A stretch of DNA of 64,000 nucleotides, from NCBI GenBank assembly GCA_905178155.1, contig CAJINV010000015.1, positions 1,465,440 to 1,529,439 on the forward strand. Reading direction: 5' to 3'. Below, piece after piece: positions 38,058 to 50,289 of the stretch (the first letter of the stretch is position 1; every line of letters begins with the position of its first letter). The notes beneath the pieces are model-generated. The model was not told the origin of the DNA. It saw only the letters and a list, made by a program, of their open reading frames with translations, and ran no database searches. Source of the stretch: Amoebophrya sp. A120. Lineage: Eukaryota > Protista > Dinoflagellata. The position numbers were made by a program, and so were the translations under genes.

Positions 38058-41000
38058 ATGGACGGCGGCTACCAGCAGTACCAGCTGCGGCAGAAGAAGG
38101 CCAAGGAGCAGGCCCAGTTGCTGAAAAAGCAGAAGGAAGAGAAGCGGGTGAAAACCCTGTCCGACTACACGGCCGAGGCAAAAACCAAGCCGTATCCCCA
38201 GATCCGGGGGTCGAAACTGCGCCAATCTTCCGCGCTGGCACCGATCTCCGAGCCGGCGGAATGGCTGGAGCAGAGTAGCAGCAATCGAGATGGCGGGGCG
38301 GGAGGTGGCATCATAGGCGGCGCGATCGGGGAGGAGGATGACGAATTTGAGTCACTCTGGGCGGAGGTGGGCATGAGTGGAGGGAGTGGTTCGTCCGGGA
38401 CAGAAGATGCCAGTGCAACAACGACGTCTTTGACTTCGAAAAACAACACCGGGAGCAGCAGCAGCGCGGGACTGTCTACTCGCGGGCTGCTGGCGGGAGG
38501 GACGGCTTCTGCAGCGTCCACCCCTAGCAGCTCCTCCTCAGCGCAACAGGGGTCTTACCTTGCGGAATACGAGAAAAGAAGGAAGCTGTCGGGCGGCATT
38601 GCGTCAACTACATCTGGAGGCGCAACACCATCTTCATCGAGCAGTGCCGGTAATAATGGACTTAAACTCTCCTCAAGCTACGGTGTGGTGGGGCGCTCGA
38701 AAAATGGAAGTTCTGGTGGAATCTCTGGAGCTGCGTCGTCTTCAACATCGTCCACGCCGGCGTCGTCTACATCTACGACTGCAACTAAAACCAAGCCAAA
38801 GTTCACTCCGGAACCGCGACAAGCTGCTCAGATACCGGAGGCAGGAACTACTGCTTCTTCAACATCAGTAGGAGCACCTCCGTACTACTCCGCACGGTCA
38901 GAAGACCACGAGGCAGATGAAAAGAAGAACGCCACCATCGAGCACGCCATGCGTTTGCTGGGTGCGGACGCGGAGGACAGTGCGTCTTCGTCGTCCAGTA
39001 GCTCGGCCGCGGCTTCACCTGTGGAGGACAAGAGCCATGATGACTCTGCTGAAAATAAATCTTCCTCGTCGCTGCAGTCACAGAAGATCATCGCAAGCCA
39101 ACCAAACACCTTCGTCGACGTGAAGCCGACAAAACTGATCAAAAACCATTCCGGGGAAAGCATCGACGACAGTTTGGACGAGACCACAGGAAAAGCGGTA
39201 CTGGGCCCGAAGATCCACTTGGTTGCCAGTGATGAGGACGACTTGTCAGATGCGAGTCCAACGACGGGAACTACTGGACTGGGGGGAGGAGACAATTTAA
39301 ATTTCAACACCACTTCCGAGTCAAACTTTCTCAAAACCTTGCACATACTGGAGGAGGACGTGAAGCCTGGTAGTAGTTCATCATTTCCAGCGGCTGATGG
39401 ACTTCCAACCGACAAGAAAGTAGAAGTCAAAGTCGACACACTGTTTGAAGACGTCGAGAGTGGAAAGAGCATGCAAAAGCGAAGTACAGATACAGAAACC
39501 ACTTCCCCTCCGCCAGGACCAGGGATGAAGCAAGCAGCTCATATGTAGTGAGGTCACCGAACGGTTCTAACCAGGGAGTTTTTTTGACAGCTACCCTGAA
39601 AAACGACCGGCAGTTTTCAAGCGGCCGGAAGCGTTTTTGCACATAAAAAATTTGCACTTATCAAGCGGCCGGGGCTTTGAAGTCAAACAAGCCCGGTGGA
39701 AAGCTATCGATTCGCACTTGATAAAACGACGCAGGGGAGCCGGCAAAAGGGGCGCCCTTCTGAGGCGCCCACCGCCTTGATTTCTGGCGATTTGGGGCGC
39801 CCAAAAAGGGGCGCGCAAAGAACGCGCTCAAAATCAGAACAGCGAAGCAGCATGGCACGGCCGCGATTTCGGAGCACTTTAGGCGGCCGCGAAAGCGGCC
39901 GCCTTTTCGCCGCTTTCAGAGCCTGGGAAGCTTTGCAAAAAGCGCCGGCGTGAAAAATAAAAACGCGAAAAAGAAAAAGCGCCCCAGACGCGCAAAGCCA
40001 ATCCGCATGCTATGGGCCCGATTTTTCTTCGCTTTTTGGGCGCCCCCCGTAGCACCCGGATCGGCCCCATAGCATGGGGGCTGGCTTTCGGAAAGGAATT
40101 TCGGGAATTCGCCAAAATTTGTGACGTTTCTCAAGTGACCGCCATACCGTGCGGCATAACGTTCCTCACGGTGGTATGGCGAGCCCAAAAAAAGCAAAGC
40201 CGCGGCCAAGGCGGCGGTCGGCAAAAAAACGCCCACGACCTCACTACCCCCGCCCCGGCGGCTATATTTCGTAATTCCCCGACCGTCGTTGGCGCAGTTC
40301 ATCCGAGCGGCACCACCTTCGAGAGATTCGACGTGAGTGACGAGGAATCTAGTTCAGATGAGGAAGACGACGGCACGTCTGCGCCTGGAATCATCGGCGA
40401 GGAACACTCCGAGGAGGGGGACTCGGTTTTGCCGCATGTGAAAGTCTATCAAATGGAAAAATGTCTGGGTCTGGAAACTTGTAATACTGCGTTGGGAATA
40501 GTGAATGCCCTGTAATGCACAGCCAAGCATGAGAAATATCTGCGCTTTTTTGTGTTCGCGTTTTTCGCATGACAAACTACGTTATTGCATGACAGGCAAA
40601 AGGGTCTCTTCTTGGACACGCATCGCAAGCTTTTTGGTCATGCCAGACAAGCATGACAAATCTCGCAATCTTGCAGACCCAGACATATTTACAATTCACA
40701 AAGTCGATTTGGACACCAGTTCGGTGAAGGAAGAAAATGAAAATGAAAATTCGTTTGAAGGCGCGGCTTCAGGGAGCAGGCAGGGGAAAGTGAAAGACAA
40801 ACAAGTAGTAGATGCTCCGGCTGGAGGGGACGGCGACTCTGACACTTCCGAAGAGGACGGGGGAAATGAGGACGATTCTGACGGCGAGATTGAGAGATTC
40901 GACGTGGTACAGCCAGGAGATGACCATCAAGACGAGCAAGGTCACCGAGCAGGAACCACAACACTGCACCAACACGAAATAATATCCGCCAGAAGCCCCG

Positions 41001-44000
41001 GGCAGTCTCAGACCTTCGATGCTGCGAACGCGACCTCCGCTGCGCAGAGTCCGCTGCAGGACGGCCCGGTCACCGCTGAGGATGATGATGTGATTTGGCC
41101 GAGTAACGAAGAAAAAAGTGTTAACGTAGAAAACGGTTTTCACGGAAGATTCCAGTCATGCATTTACAGATTTTGCCTACCACGCATGCTATGCAATACA
41201 AATTTTGAAAGTCGTGTGCTTCTGCATCATGCGTTATTGCATCACAGATTCCGTTAACGTTCCCGCTTTTTCCTGTGATACCCAGTCACGAAGAAAAATC
41301 CTCCGTCGACGGATCGGCGACGTCGCCGACGAAAGACCTGTTGATACCCCTCCCCCGGACAAAATCCGAGCAGCAACAGGAAAGTAATGCTAAATCTGCT
41401 TCTGCTTCTTCGGGACCGCGAAGTAGAACCGGAACACTAGTAAACGGGAAGCAGAACGACAACCACAGCGGCGACCAGATGCAGCTGAGTCCGACTTTAT
41501 CTGGGGAGAGAACGCCGGTGGAGATGCTGCATGAGGTTTTGGAGTTCCGAGAGCGGAATTTGCCAAAGGAAAGGGCGGATAAAAATTCTTCACCTGCTGG
41601 GAGTAGTGGCGGCAACGTCAAGCACTCGCCTACCAGCCCCGTGGTCAGCCCCGCGACGAAAGTGATTGTGGAGGATTTGGCAAGGGAAACCGCGGAAAGT
41701 ATTCTGTCGAAATCCACCCGGGGGATCGGGGAGGGAGCGCCGCAAGAGGGAAGTTATGATGCCGAAGCTCCTGTGTTCTTGCAGGACCTGCAAACGAACG
41801 AGCAGAACGACGTTTCTATCGTGATTCCTTTCTCGCCGATGGAAGAGCAGGATGGTGTGCTGGTCAAGGTGGAGAATGAGTACAATATTACGTCGTCTTC
41901 ACCAGCACGGCCAGGAGACAAAAGCCACAAAGCTGCAGTAGAAAAAGAACGACCAGATGAGGAAAAGGATCTCGTCCTCCAGCCGTTCAAACAGGAAATA
42001 TCAAATGTAAAAATGTCTGGGTCTGGAAGAATGCAACTTGTCATGCTAAATCTGAAGCATGCAAAAATCTGTGTTGCGTGATTGCCAAAAGTCGCCCACT
42101 TTTGACCAAGTCGGGAGGCAGTTTCTCATGCAGGATAGGTATGAGAAAGATCGCGCAGAATCTGTCATGCTAGGTCCTGCATTCCAGACCTCATGGGTCA
42201 TGGAAAAGCTGCATGACAAATCGCGCATTCTTCCAGACCCAGACCTTTTTACATTTGATAGGAAAGGAAGCAAGGCAATTTGAACAGCGTGTTGGCTGCG
42301 TTCCAAGCCGGAATAGACCAGATAGAAACGGGGAAAACTACGGACGATGGTCCTGATAGTAGAGTAGACGACGGAAGAGCATCTTCAAACAGAAGAGAGA
42401 ACAACGAGATGAAGGGGCAGGCGGCATCAGGTTCTGCTTCTTCGGGGGCTAGAGAACAAGACGATGTTGACCATGCACACGGGGGAGAAACCTCGCCGCT
42501 TCCCGCGGGAACTAGGACAGACAAAAACGCCAATTTTATCCCACGAAAAAACTGTTTCACTGTGATGATTTTGCAAGAACCGCATGACAAGCTTGTTACA
42601 CATGACACAGAAAATTTGCCATGCGCGTCCCCCAAGGGAAAACACGCTTGAAAATCCAATGTCTTGGAGGTGTAGCAAGACAAATAGTTCTGCATTCCGT
42701 TTTCTGCATCACAAGTTCACAGTGAAACAGTTTTTTTCTTGGATAAATTTCCTCGCAGAATTCGATATCGATGACGACCTGGAGGCGATCTACGCTTCGA
42801 TATGAACTGCAAAAGTATCGTACTCGTAGTAATTGCTTGCAGTCATGCATTACAATTTTTTTCCCTGAAGTAAATCCGCATGACAAATTTTCTTTCTCAT
42901 GCTGACGGAATTTGTAATGCATTTATACGAGTACGATACTTTTGCAATGCATATTCGAACGCTAGGAACAATAACCCACTGCAGCATCTAAATACCTTCA
43001 CCAATCAGAAACAAGAAACTAATCTCGGCAAGAAGAACTCATCTTCTAGTCGAAACAAAAACGCGGACGGACTTTCCATGCAGGGCATGTTGGCGGGAAG
43101 CAACACAGCCACACAATCTAACGTTCCTGATGGGTCAACATCTTCTACCACGGGGACCACGACCGCCAAGCAGGAGTTTATTATGTCCAGCAAGCCGGCC
43201 GGGAAGTCGAAGTTCGTAGCGAGGCAAGACCCCTTCGAAGCGGCGTTGCGACAAAAGATGCAGAACAAAGAGAAGGTGAGTGGTACTTCTTCTAAGAATG
43301 CGCAGTTGAACTTGAACAACAGCAGTGTAGGGTTGAAAACAGGGGAAACGCCTCCCGAGGATCCACAAGGCGGAGGTACTAGAAAGGATTCGACGGAATT
43401 GTTCCAAGATGCCGACAGCGATTTGGGGCTCACATCTCCCGCGTCTTCAGCGAAGAAAAGCCCGACAGGAAAAAATGAAGATGAACGAGGTGAAAGAGTA
43501 GTAGAACAGGCAAGCAGTAGCAGCTCCAGTAAAATAAAGAATGACAGAAATAAGAAATCTTCTGCACAAGCGGGCTACTCAGCGCCCAACGTTTCCGAGC
43601 AGGTCAGCTCTGTTCTTTCGCAGTACCGCAGGCCGGATTTGAAGGAAAGCTTGGAGAAACTGGAAAGAGAAATCAAGGAATCCAGGGGCTTGGGGAAAAA
43701 TGCGAAAAGAAGTGAGGGGGAAGCACAACAGGGGAAGTTACTCGAGGAGGGTTCGGGGAAAGAGTATTCGTTTTTATGTATGAGGAGGTGTGGTCTTTCT
43801 AGGCTTGTTAGGGGCGCAAATGATCGTAGTTCATGGAATATTAAACTTGCAAGAACTTCTAAAAATCGCACAAAAACCTAAACCAGCGACGACGACTTCC
43901 GTTTCCCGGATCATGCGGGTCCCGACTCCATCCCGGATGAGCCAACCGACCAGGCGGAAATAGACCGTTTGGAAAAACAGGAGCGGGCAATGTGGGACGA

Positions 44001-47000
44001 ACTGGAAAAGAAACCGAAAGTGGCGAAAAAGGGCGCCATACAGCCGAAAACGCAAGAGTCCCTTATAACCCGCTCAGGTGTTACAATCTCAAACGTTGCA
44101 ATAGAGTCTGAGTCTTGTCTTGCATGATGAGCATGATCTAGCCAACTCTCATAGGGTTGCGCTGACAAGTTCCGGAGCTCCAAACCCCACTACAATCGGG
44201 GGAAATTTGTATTGCAAAAGGTGGATGAACGCTGTGAGAGTCTGTCATGCCCATGATGCAACACAAATTCCAGATTCTATTGCAACGTTTGAGATTGTAA
44301 CGCTTGAGTAGGTCATATCCCTGCTGAGCTACCGGGAGTTTGTCCAGGACTATCTCATGAGCTTGGGGGTAAGTATGAGTAAGCAGGAAGTAGCACAAGT
44401 ACTTGTTGGAATTAGGTCCTCCACGTGTTTTACTGTGTGCACCTTGTTAAGCTTTCACTTTCTGTTATGGTGCTTCAGTAGATGGTCTTGCATGATTCAG
44501 TCTATGTGGGAAAGATGAAAATGAACGTGATACTCCTGGTGAAGATGTATTAGCACAATATCCACCAGCATCACATTCACATTATTAAATCATCTTCTAT
44601 CCTATCTTCCCAGGACCAGCCCGGCGCACCATCTTCGAGCGGCGCCTTTTCCACCGCGCAGTCCCGTAGTACTGGCTCGTCAAGTAAGAGCTCCTCCTCG
44701 TCTGCCCTCTGCTGCCTCCTGCCCTCCTCCGCGGCCATCACCGACCCGGAAATGCTGCGGGAGAAGCAATATGCACTGCAAATATGCCAGGCTGGAAGGA
44801 TGCAACTTGTGATGCACATTTCACACAACACAAAGATCTGTCATGCATACACGGCAAATGCGTATGCGGCCCAAAAGTTGGAACCGAAAGATAAGATTTG
44901 TCATGTGGATTAGGCAGTGAGACACGTCGTTCTCAAGACGTGTCATGCCAGGACTTGCATGCCAAACTTTCTGGGTCACGCAAAACCTGCAAGACATCAA
45001 ACTTCTGCATTCGCCCAGACCCAGACATATTTGCATTTGATAAGCAAATCATCAACAAACTCGCCTTCCACACCAACTACGAGCCCAGCGGCAACGAAAC
45101 GCACTTACGCGCGTTGGGGACGCTGTACAAGAAGCTCACCACCTCCCCCACGTCCCTATGAACTGCATATTAGAAAGTATCGTACTCGCACAAATGCCAG
45201 ATGACTTGCAACATGACAAATTTGGCTTCTTAGTTAACTCGGCCTGACAAATTCCATTTGTCATGTTGAGAAAATTTGAAATGCGATTTATTTCCCTACT
45301 AGTACGCTATCGCTACTTCAACTTCTGCAATTCATAATCCCCCTTGCCGGTGGATTCCCGGTGGGAGGTGCTCGGCTTCCAGAACACGGACCCGAAAACC
45401 GATATGGGGTTCTCAAACGTTACATTCTCAACTGTTATATGCTTTCTCATGGAAAGTGACCATGACCCGCCAGACGATCAAGCTGCTGCGCATGACAAAT
45501 TCTCGGCGGGCTAAACAGCACTATAATCCGCACCGAACCTGTAATGCAAGACGCGCAAGAATCTCCCTCTCACCTGTGCTAGTCTTGCATTACAAACTCA
45601 TGTATATTAACAGTTGAGAATGTAACGTTTGAGAACGGCGCCATAACCGACCTGAACCGGTTCGGGAAGATGTGCAACGTGTGGCACTTGCTCCACTTTT
45701 ACTACAAGGACGGGGCGCTGTATCACGAGAAAAAAGTATTACAGTTACACATTTGTTGGAGTTTCTGCATCACAAGTTTTCTCTGTGTGGCAAAGGAGAC
45801 CTGTAAGGCGAAGATCATAAGGGAAAACAGGAAGGAAACGAGGCTCCCAAGCATTTTCTGCATGAGAAAGGTTGTCTGTGTTGCCGGTCTTGCAACACAT
45901 GTAACACTTTTTTCTTGCGATACGCTGCTGGAGAAGATGTGGCTCTTGTCGCAGGACTCCGTGCAGGAATTCCCGCTCTTCTGCACGTCGATCCAGTTTA
46001 TCCAATGCAAAAATGTCTGGGTCTGGAAGACTTTGAGATTTGTCATGCTTGTCTGGCATGACCAAAAAGTTTGTGATGCGTGTCCAAGAAGAGACCCTTT
46101 TGCCTGTCATGCAAAAACGCAGTTTGTCATGCGAAAAACGCGAAAAAATATTTCTCATGCTTGCCTGTGCATTACAGAGCGTTCACTATTCCCAACGCAG
46201 CATTACAAGTTGAAGTTTCCAGGCCCAGACATTTTTGCAGTTGATCCAGTTCTCGAAGCTCGTTTTGGAAATCTTTTACACGCCCACGGAGATCTATCGC
46301 AGGAAAAAACTGTTTCACTGTAAACTTGTAATGCAGAAAAAGCATCGCAGAAGTGTTTGTGTTGCTACACATGCAAGACAAATGATTTTTAGCCGTGTTT
46401 TCCCTTAGCATCCTCGCATGGCAAGCTATGTTTGTATGTCATGTGTAACGAACTTGTGATGCAAAACTTGCAAAATCCTTAGAGTGAAACACTTTTTTCG
46501 TACGATAAGATCAACCCGGAGCATGGGGGCGTCATCGAGGACCAGTACAAGTCGGCCCGGGGGAAATTGGTCAGGTTTTTGAACTCGGCCAACCTCGGCG
46601 TCATCGACGGGTTGGCCTTTGTGCAGAACGCGCTGTTGTTTGCGTTCTATGACCGGTGGCAATCGGAAGTGCTGACGATAACGGCCTTCGGCAAGGTCTA
46701 CAAAGACATCGAGACGGTGTGCAGGACGAAGAACCTGATCAGTACAGGATACTTGTGGATTTATCATGCGGTTTTGTGCTATGAGAAGAGACTTTGTCAT
46801 GCTAATATACAAAAACAAGGTTTCGTAAACCGGTACAACGAGTACAAAGAGCACCTTCGAAAAGCGAACGACCCAGTATCGCCGGCTCAGATAGAACAAT
46901 CTCGAATCGAACAATTTGTCATGCAGAAGTGCAGAAACCAGACGAGATTCTGCTTTTGCGCTCAATGCAATACAAGTTGCGGGTACAACTTCTAGTTCTA

Positions 47001-47159
47001 CTTTTACATTTGTTCGTGTTCAGATTGCTCCAGCTGAGCAAGGCATACCCATCACGCCTCGAGTTTACTGACCTCGGCGGATCGAGAGCGCAGCCAGCGG
47101 CGACGAAGATGTCAAGGGCTGAGCAAAAGCGGTTGAACCAATACGCGAATCAGGATTGA
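38058..47159 (+). CDS. ELMO/CED-12 domain protein (ELMOD-like Arf/Arl GAP) with long disordered N-terminus; 14 inserted elements plus GT-AG introns 43764-43886 and 44369-44613
   Basis: Spliced C-terminus: HLRALGTLYKKLT...RWEVLGFQNTDPKTDLNRFGKMCNVWHLLHF...SQDSVQEFPLFCTSIQFS...FYDRWQSEVLTITAFGKV, matching ELMO motifs WxxxGFQxxDPxTDxR and FP. Confidence 0.85.
39545..40247. mobile_element. Family J-related element with 11-bp TIR and no TSD
   Basis: GTAGTGAGGTC...GACCTCACTAC; ~39590-39670 resembles the reverse complement of ~53250-53325; exact removal joins ORF 38058 to ORF 40012 in frame. Confidence 0.7.
40447..40700. mobile_element. TIR introner family A
   Basis: TSD AAGTC. Confidence 0.92.
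41119..41280. mobile_element. Degenerate introner flanked by ~20-bp imperfect duplication
   Basis: Ends TTTTCCTGTGATA; internal GCATCACA/GCAATACA motifs; flanks CCGAGTAACGAAGAAAAAAG / CCCAGTCACGAAGAAAAATC. Confidence 0.6.
41999..42260. mobile_element. TIR introner family A
   Basis: TSD GGAAA. Confidence 0.95.
42537..42745. mobile_element. TIR introner family K
   Basis: TATCC...AAAAAACTGTTTCACTGTGA TIR; TSD AATTT. Confidence 0.93.
42801..42953. mobile_element. TIR introner family C
   Basis: TSD TTCGA. Confidence 0.95.
44064..44317. mobile_element. TIR introner family L
   Basis: TIR core GTTACAATCTCAAACGTTGCAATAGA; TSD TCCCT. Confidence 0.95.
44770..45042. mobile_element. TIR introner family A
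   Basis: TSD AGCAA. Confidence 0.92.
45157..45336. mobile_element. TIR introner family C, diverged
   Basis: TATGAACTGCA...TGCAATTCATA; TSD GTCCC/ATCCC. Confidence 0.88.
45403..45645. mobile_element. TIR introner family M
   Basis: TIR core GTTCTCAAACGTTACATTCTCAACTGTTA; TSD ACCGA. Confidence 0.95.
45721..45922. mobile_element. TIR introner family I
   Basis: TSD CGCTG. Confidence 0.93.
45999..46246. mobile_element. TIR introner family A
   Basis: TSD CAGTT; close reverse complement of 40447-40700. Confidence 0.93.
46295..46507. mobile_element. TIR introner family K
   Basis: TSD AGATC. Confidence 0.93.
46743..47018. mobile_element. Degenerate introner (family N)
   Basis: TSD ATCAG/TTCAG; internal TTGTCATGC motifs; 281-nt removal gives NLIR|LLQLSKAY. 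Confidence 0.6.
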
Positions 47160-47991
47160 TGTAGTTCTAGGCGTGGCCCCTCTACTTGAGCTGCAGAGGT
47201 TCGAGCTCTAGTAGGGCGCAGATAATTTTATGAAATATTTATCGTGACAAAAATATGATGACGGCAGCGATAGCAGCAGCGAACTGCAGCACTACATGAT
47301 GAAAAATTTATCGACTTATCCGTGGGTGGTGAAAACAACTGATCAACAAGAACAAAGGAAGTGTAAGGAGCAAATCCAGACGAGACCATTGAAGACACAC
47401 TGAATATTAAAACGCGTTCAATATAGTCGCTTGGATTTTTTGTACGAGCAGAAATGTTTCATTGAGCTGCGCCTGCCCCTGCGTGGCAATTTCGACGTAT
47501 GCGCCGTCCCTGAGAATTTTGAAGTCTAACTCTTTTCGAAAGACCGGACAGTCGCGATTACCGAAATTGTTCGCAGGTGAAATTTTTGAATCACATACGG
47601 TGGAACCACCTGCGACGCCGGCGAAACAATTTCATACATTCTTCGAAAGACTCAGTACGCGTTTCGGCAGGGGCGGTGTCAGTATTGCTTGAGTGTCCGT
47701 TCTCTACAGACCCAAGAAAGAAATCGGTATGAACTACATATGTGGTTTACCCCTCCTTGTTCTCGTGCTTTGCTAAAATCCTTGCTAAAATCCGGTTAGA
47801 AACAGCGTCGAAACTACGTCAACGAAAGAGGCAAAGGTTGTCCGCGCACAGACCGTCACGCGGCGTGAGCAGTTATTTCGTTTGATGTTTTCATCGTCCA
47901 GGGTCATTGTCGTCCTTCTTCTCAGTCGTTCACCAGGTTGTCATTGTCATTTTAGTTTTTTTGTTTCTACTACTAAAATAACAGCAGGCGG

Positions 47992-48201
47992 TATCCGACG
48001 AAAAAAGTGTTACAGTTACACATTTGTAGTGAATTCAGCAACACAAATTTCTCTGCATGAGAGAGAAAACTTGTAATGCAGAAATCCTACGGGAAAACAC
48101 CTATGAAACGAGGCTCCTATGCATATCCGGCATGACAGAGCTTGTCTGTCTTGCTTGGCCTGCAACACAATGTGTAACTGTAACACTTTTTTCTTGCGAT
48201 A
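47992..48201. mobile_element. TIR element family I
   Basis: TSD GGCGG; near-identical reverse complement of 28236-28445. Confidence 0.95.
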
Positions 48202-49995
48202 GGCGGAGAATTGAGTCTTTATCGCAAAAAAACAGTCATCAAACCGCCCCGTTCGTTCCAATCGTCCTTCACGCAGTCGTATGCAAAAACAATCTGAACC
48301 GGAGCAAAGCTCTAAGTCTACTCCGCCCGCACTGCCGGCCCCGACAAAGATCCCACCCGCACGGGAGAGCGGCCAAAGCTGGCTAAATTGAATTCCTCCG
48401 TCTTTTTCCTCCTCGGACGACAATAAGTATGGATAATTGTTGGTTTCGAGCATCTCCATGACCTTCTGTTTAGGCAGGGTCGTCTTTTTGAGAAGTTGGT
48501 TGCTCTTCTTCGGATGATAGATTTATTCCGATCGATGTTCGGTCGTGAAGATGTTTGGCGTTTTTGTGTTTCCACGCCAGGACTTGACATGGTGTTTTAG
48601 TTGAAGAGAGGATCGACTCAAGGATTTAGTTTGAATATTACGCATCTCAACGAATTACTTTACACAGAAATGCCGCCATCGACAATGCCGCAACCGACGA
48701 TCGTCTTGTGACGGTGTCCTTCACTACGGTGTCAGAAATGCCGCAATCGACAATGCCGCAACCGACTACGTACTCTTCACTACCTGTTTCCGTCCCGGTT
48801 CCGCCACCAGCGCAAAAAGGTTTAGAGGGTTTTCGGGGTTTAGGGTTCTTAATTTGATTTTACTATCTGCGGCTAGCGCAAGGGACGAGCCGAAGGTGGG
48901 AACAGCTAAAAATGGATGCGCGCCGTAGCCTGTTATTTCAGGGTTTTACTTCGGGGAGGGGGTAGAAGTACTGCTTGTACAGTTTTCTTTGCTTGCTTCC
49001 GACAAAAAAAAAGTCTTTACTGATTTTGTCATTTCCGTCACCTTTTCGTTCATTTCCTTTTCCATGTTAAAGTAATTATATTATCATTCCCCCGCTGGTT
49101 CAACAGTTAAGAGAATGCTTTCAGACTGATTTTTTTAGTTTTTTTGCGTCCACTACTAAAAAAGGCGGAGCGAGTGAGTATCTATTTATGGCAAAAAAAA
49201 AATCGTATGGAAGATCCCACCCGCACGGGAGAGCGGCCACGATGCCCACGACCCCGTCCCAGCGGTGGAAACCCCCCTGCCGGACGCCCACGCTGCGTAA
49301 GCATATTACTTATTTATGTAACGACGTGCAGGATCAAGAACAAAGGGAGGCTATTTGAATTATAGGATCCTGCGCTGTTTTTTCCTGTGGATATCAAGGA
49401 CGCAGATTAAATACTTACGATGTTATCAAAAATCGCTGAGGTTCCTACACCTCTGGGGTTTGTGATAATGGGCTCCGGTTTTCTGGAGAAGGGCTCTTGA
49501 ACAACAGGGAGCCGTGTTCTACTTCACGGATTTTGAAAAGTCAAGACGTTTGCTGGTTTCAGTTTCTGTCGGGGACTGAGGTAGTAGTTATCGTCCTCTC
49601 GTCGTAAAGGAGAAAAAGAAATCCAAAAAACGCGCGGACTTTTCGACTACATCCCGTTCTTCAACTCCTTCCCGTTTATCGCGAAAGCGAGGACGAAGTG
49701 TGTTTTCGTATATATCTTTTCGGATTCAGACTTAGACTTACAAACAGCGTCGAAACTACGTCAACGAAAGTGGCTAAGGTTGCCCGTGCATGAACCGTCA
49801 CGCGGCGCGAGCAGTTATTTCGTTTGATTTTCGTTGTTTGCGTAAACAGGTGTGAAGGGTCCTCCTCCTCCTCCTCTTATTTCGTTTGATTTTTTCATCG
49901 TCCTGGGTCATTGTCGTCCTTCTTCTCAGTCGTTCACCAGGTTGTCATTGTCATTTTAGTTTTTTTGTTTCTACTACTAAAATAACAGCAGGCGG

Positions 49996-50205
49996 TATCC
50001 GACGAAAAAAGTGTTACAGTTACACATTTGTAGTGAATTCAGCAACACAAATTTCTCTGCATGAGAGAGAAAACTTGTAATGCAGAAATCCTACGGGAAA
50101 ACACCTATGAAACGAGGCTCCTATGCATATCCGGCATGACAGAGCTTGTCTGTCTTGCTTGGCCTGCAACACAATGTGTAACTGTAACACTTTTTTCTTG
50201 CGATA
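49996..50205. mobile_element. TIR element family I (copied with segmental duplication)
   Basis: Same flanks and TSD GGCGG as 47992. Confidence 0.95.
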
Positions 50206-50289
50206 GGCGGAGAATTGAGTCTTTATCGCAAAAAAACAGTCATCAAACCGCCCCGTTCGTTCCAATCGTCCTTCACGCCGTTCGTTCCA

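Noticed and set aside
48818-48847. GGTTTAGAGGGTTTTCGGGGTTTAGGGTT, telomere-like (TTTAGGG)
   Set aside because: Only one perfect unit; too short to call an interstitial telomere.
48923-48930. CCGTAGCC, the start of the dinoflagellate spliced leader
   Set aside because: Only 8 nt match and the following bases differ.
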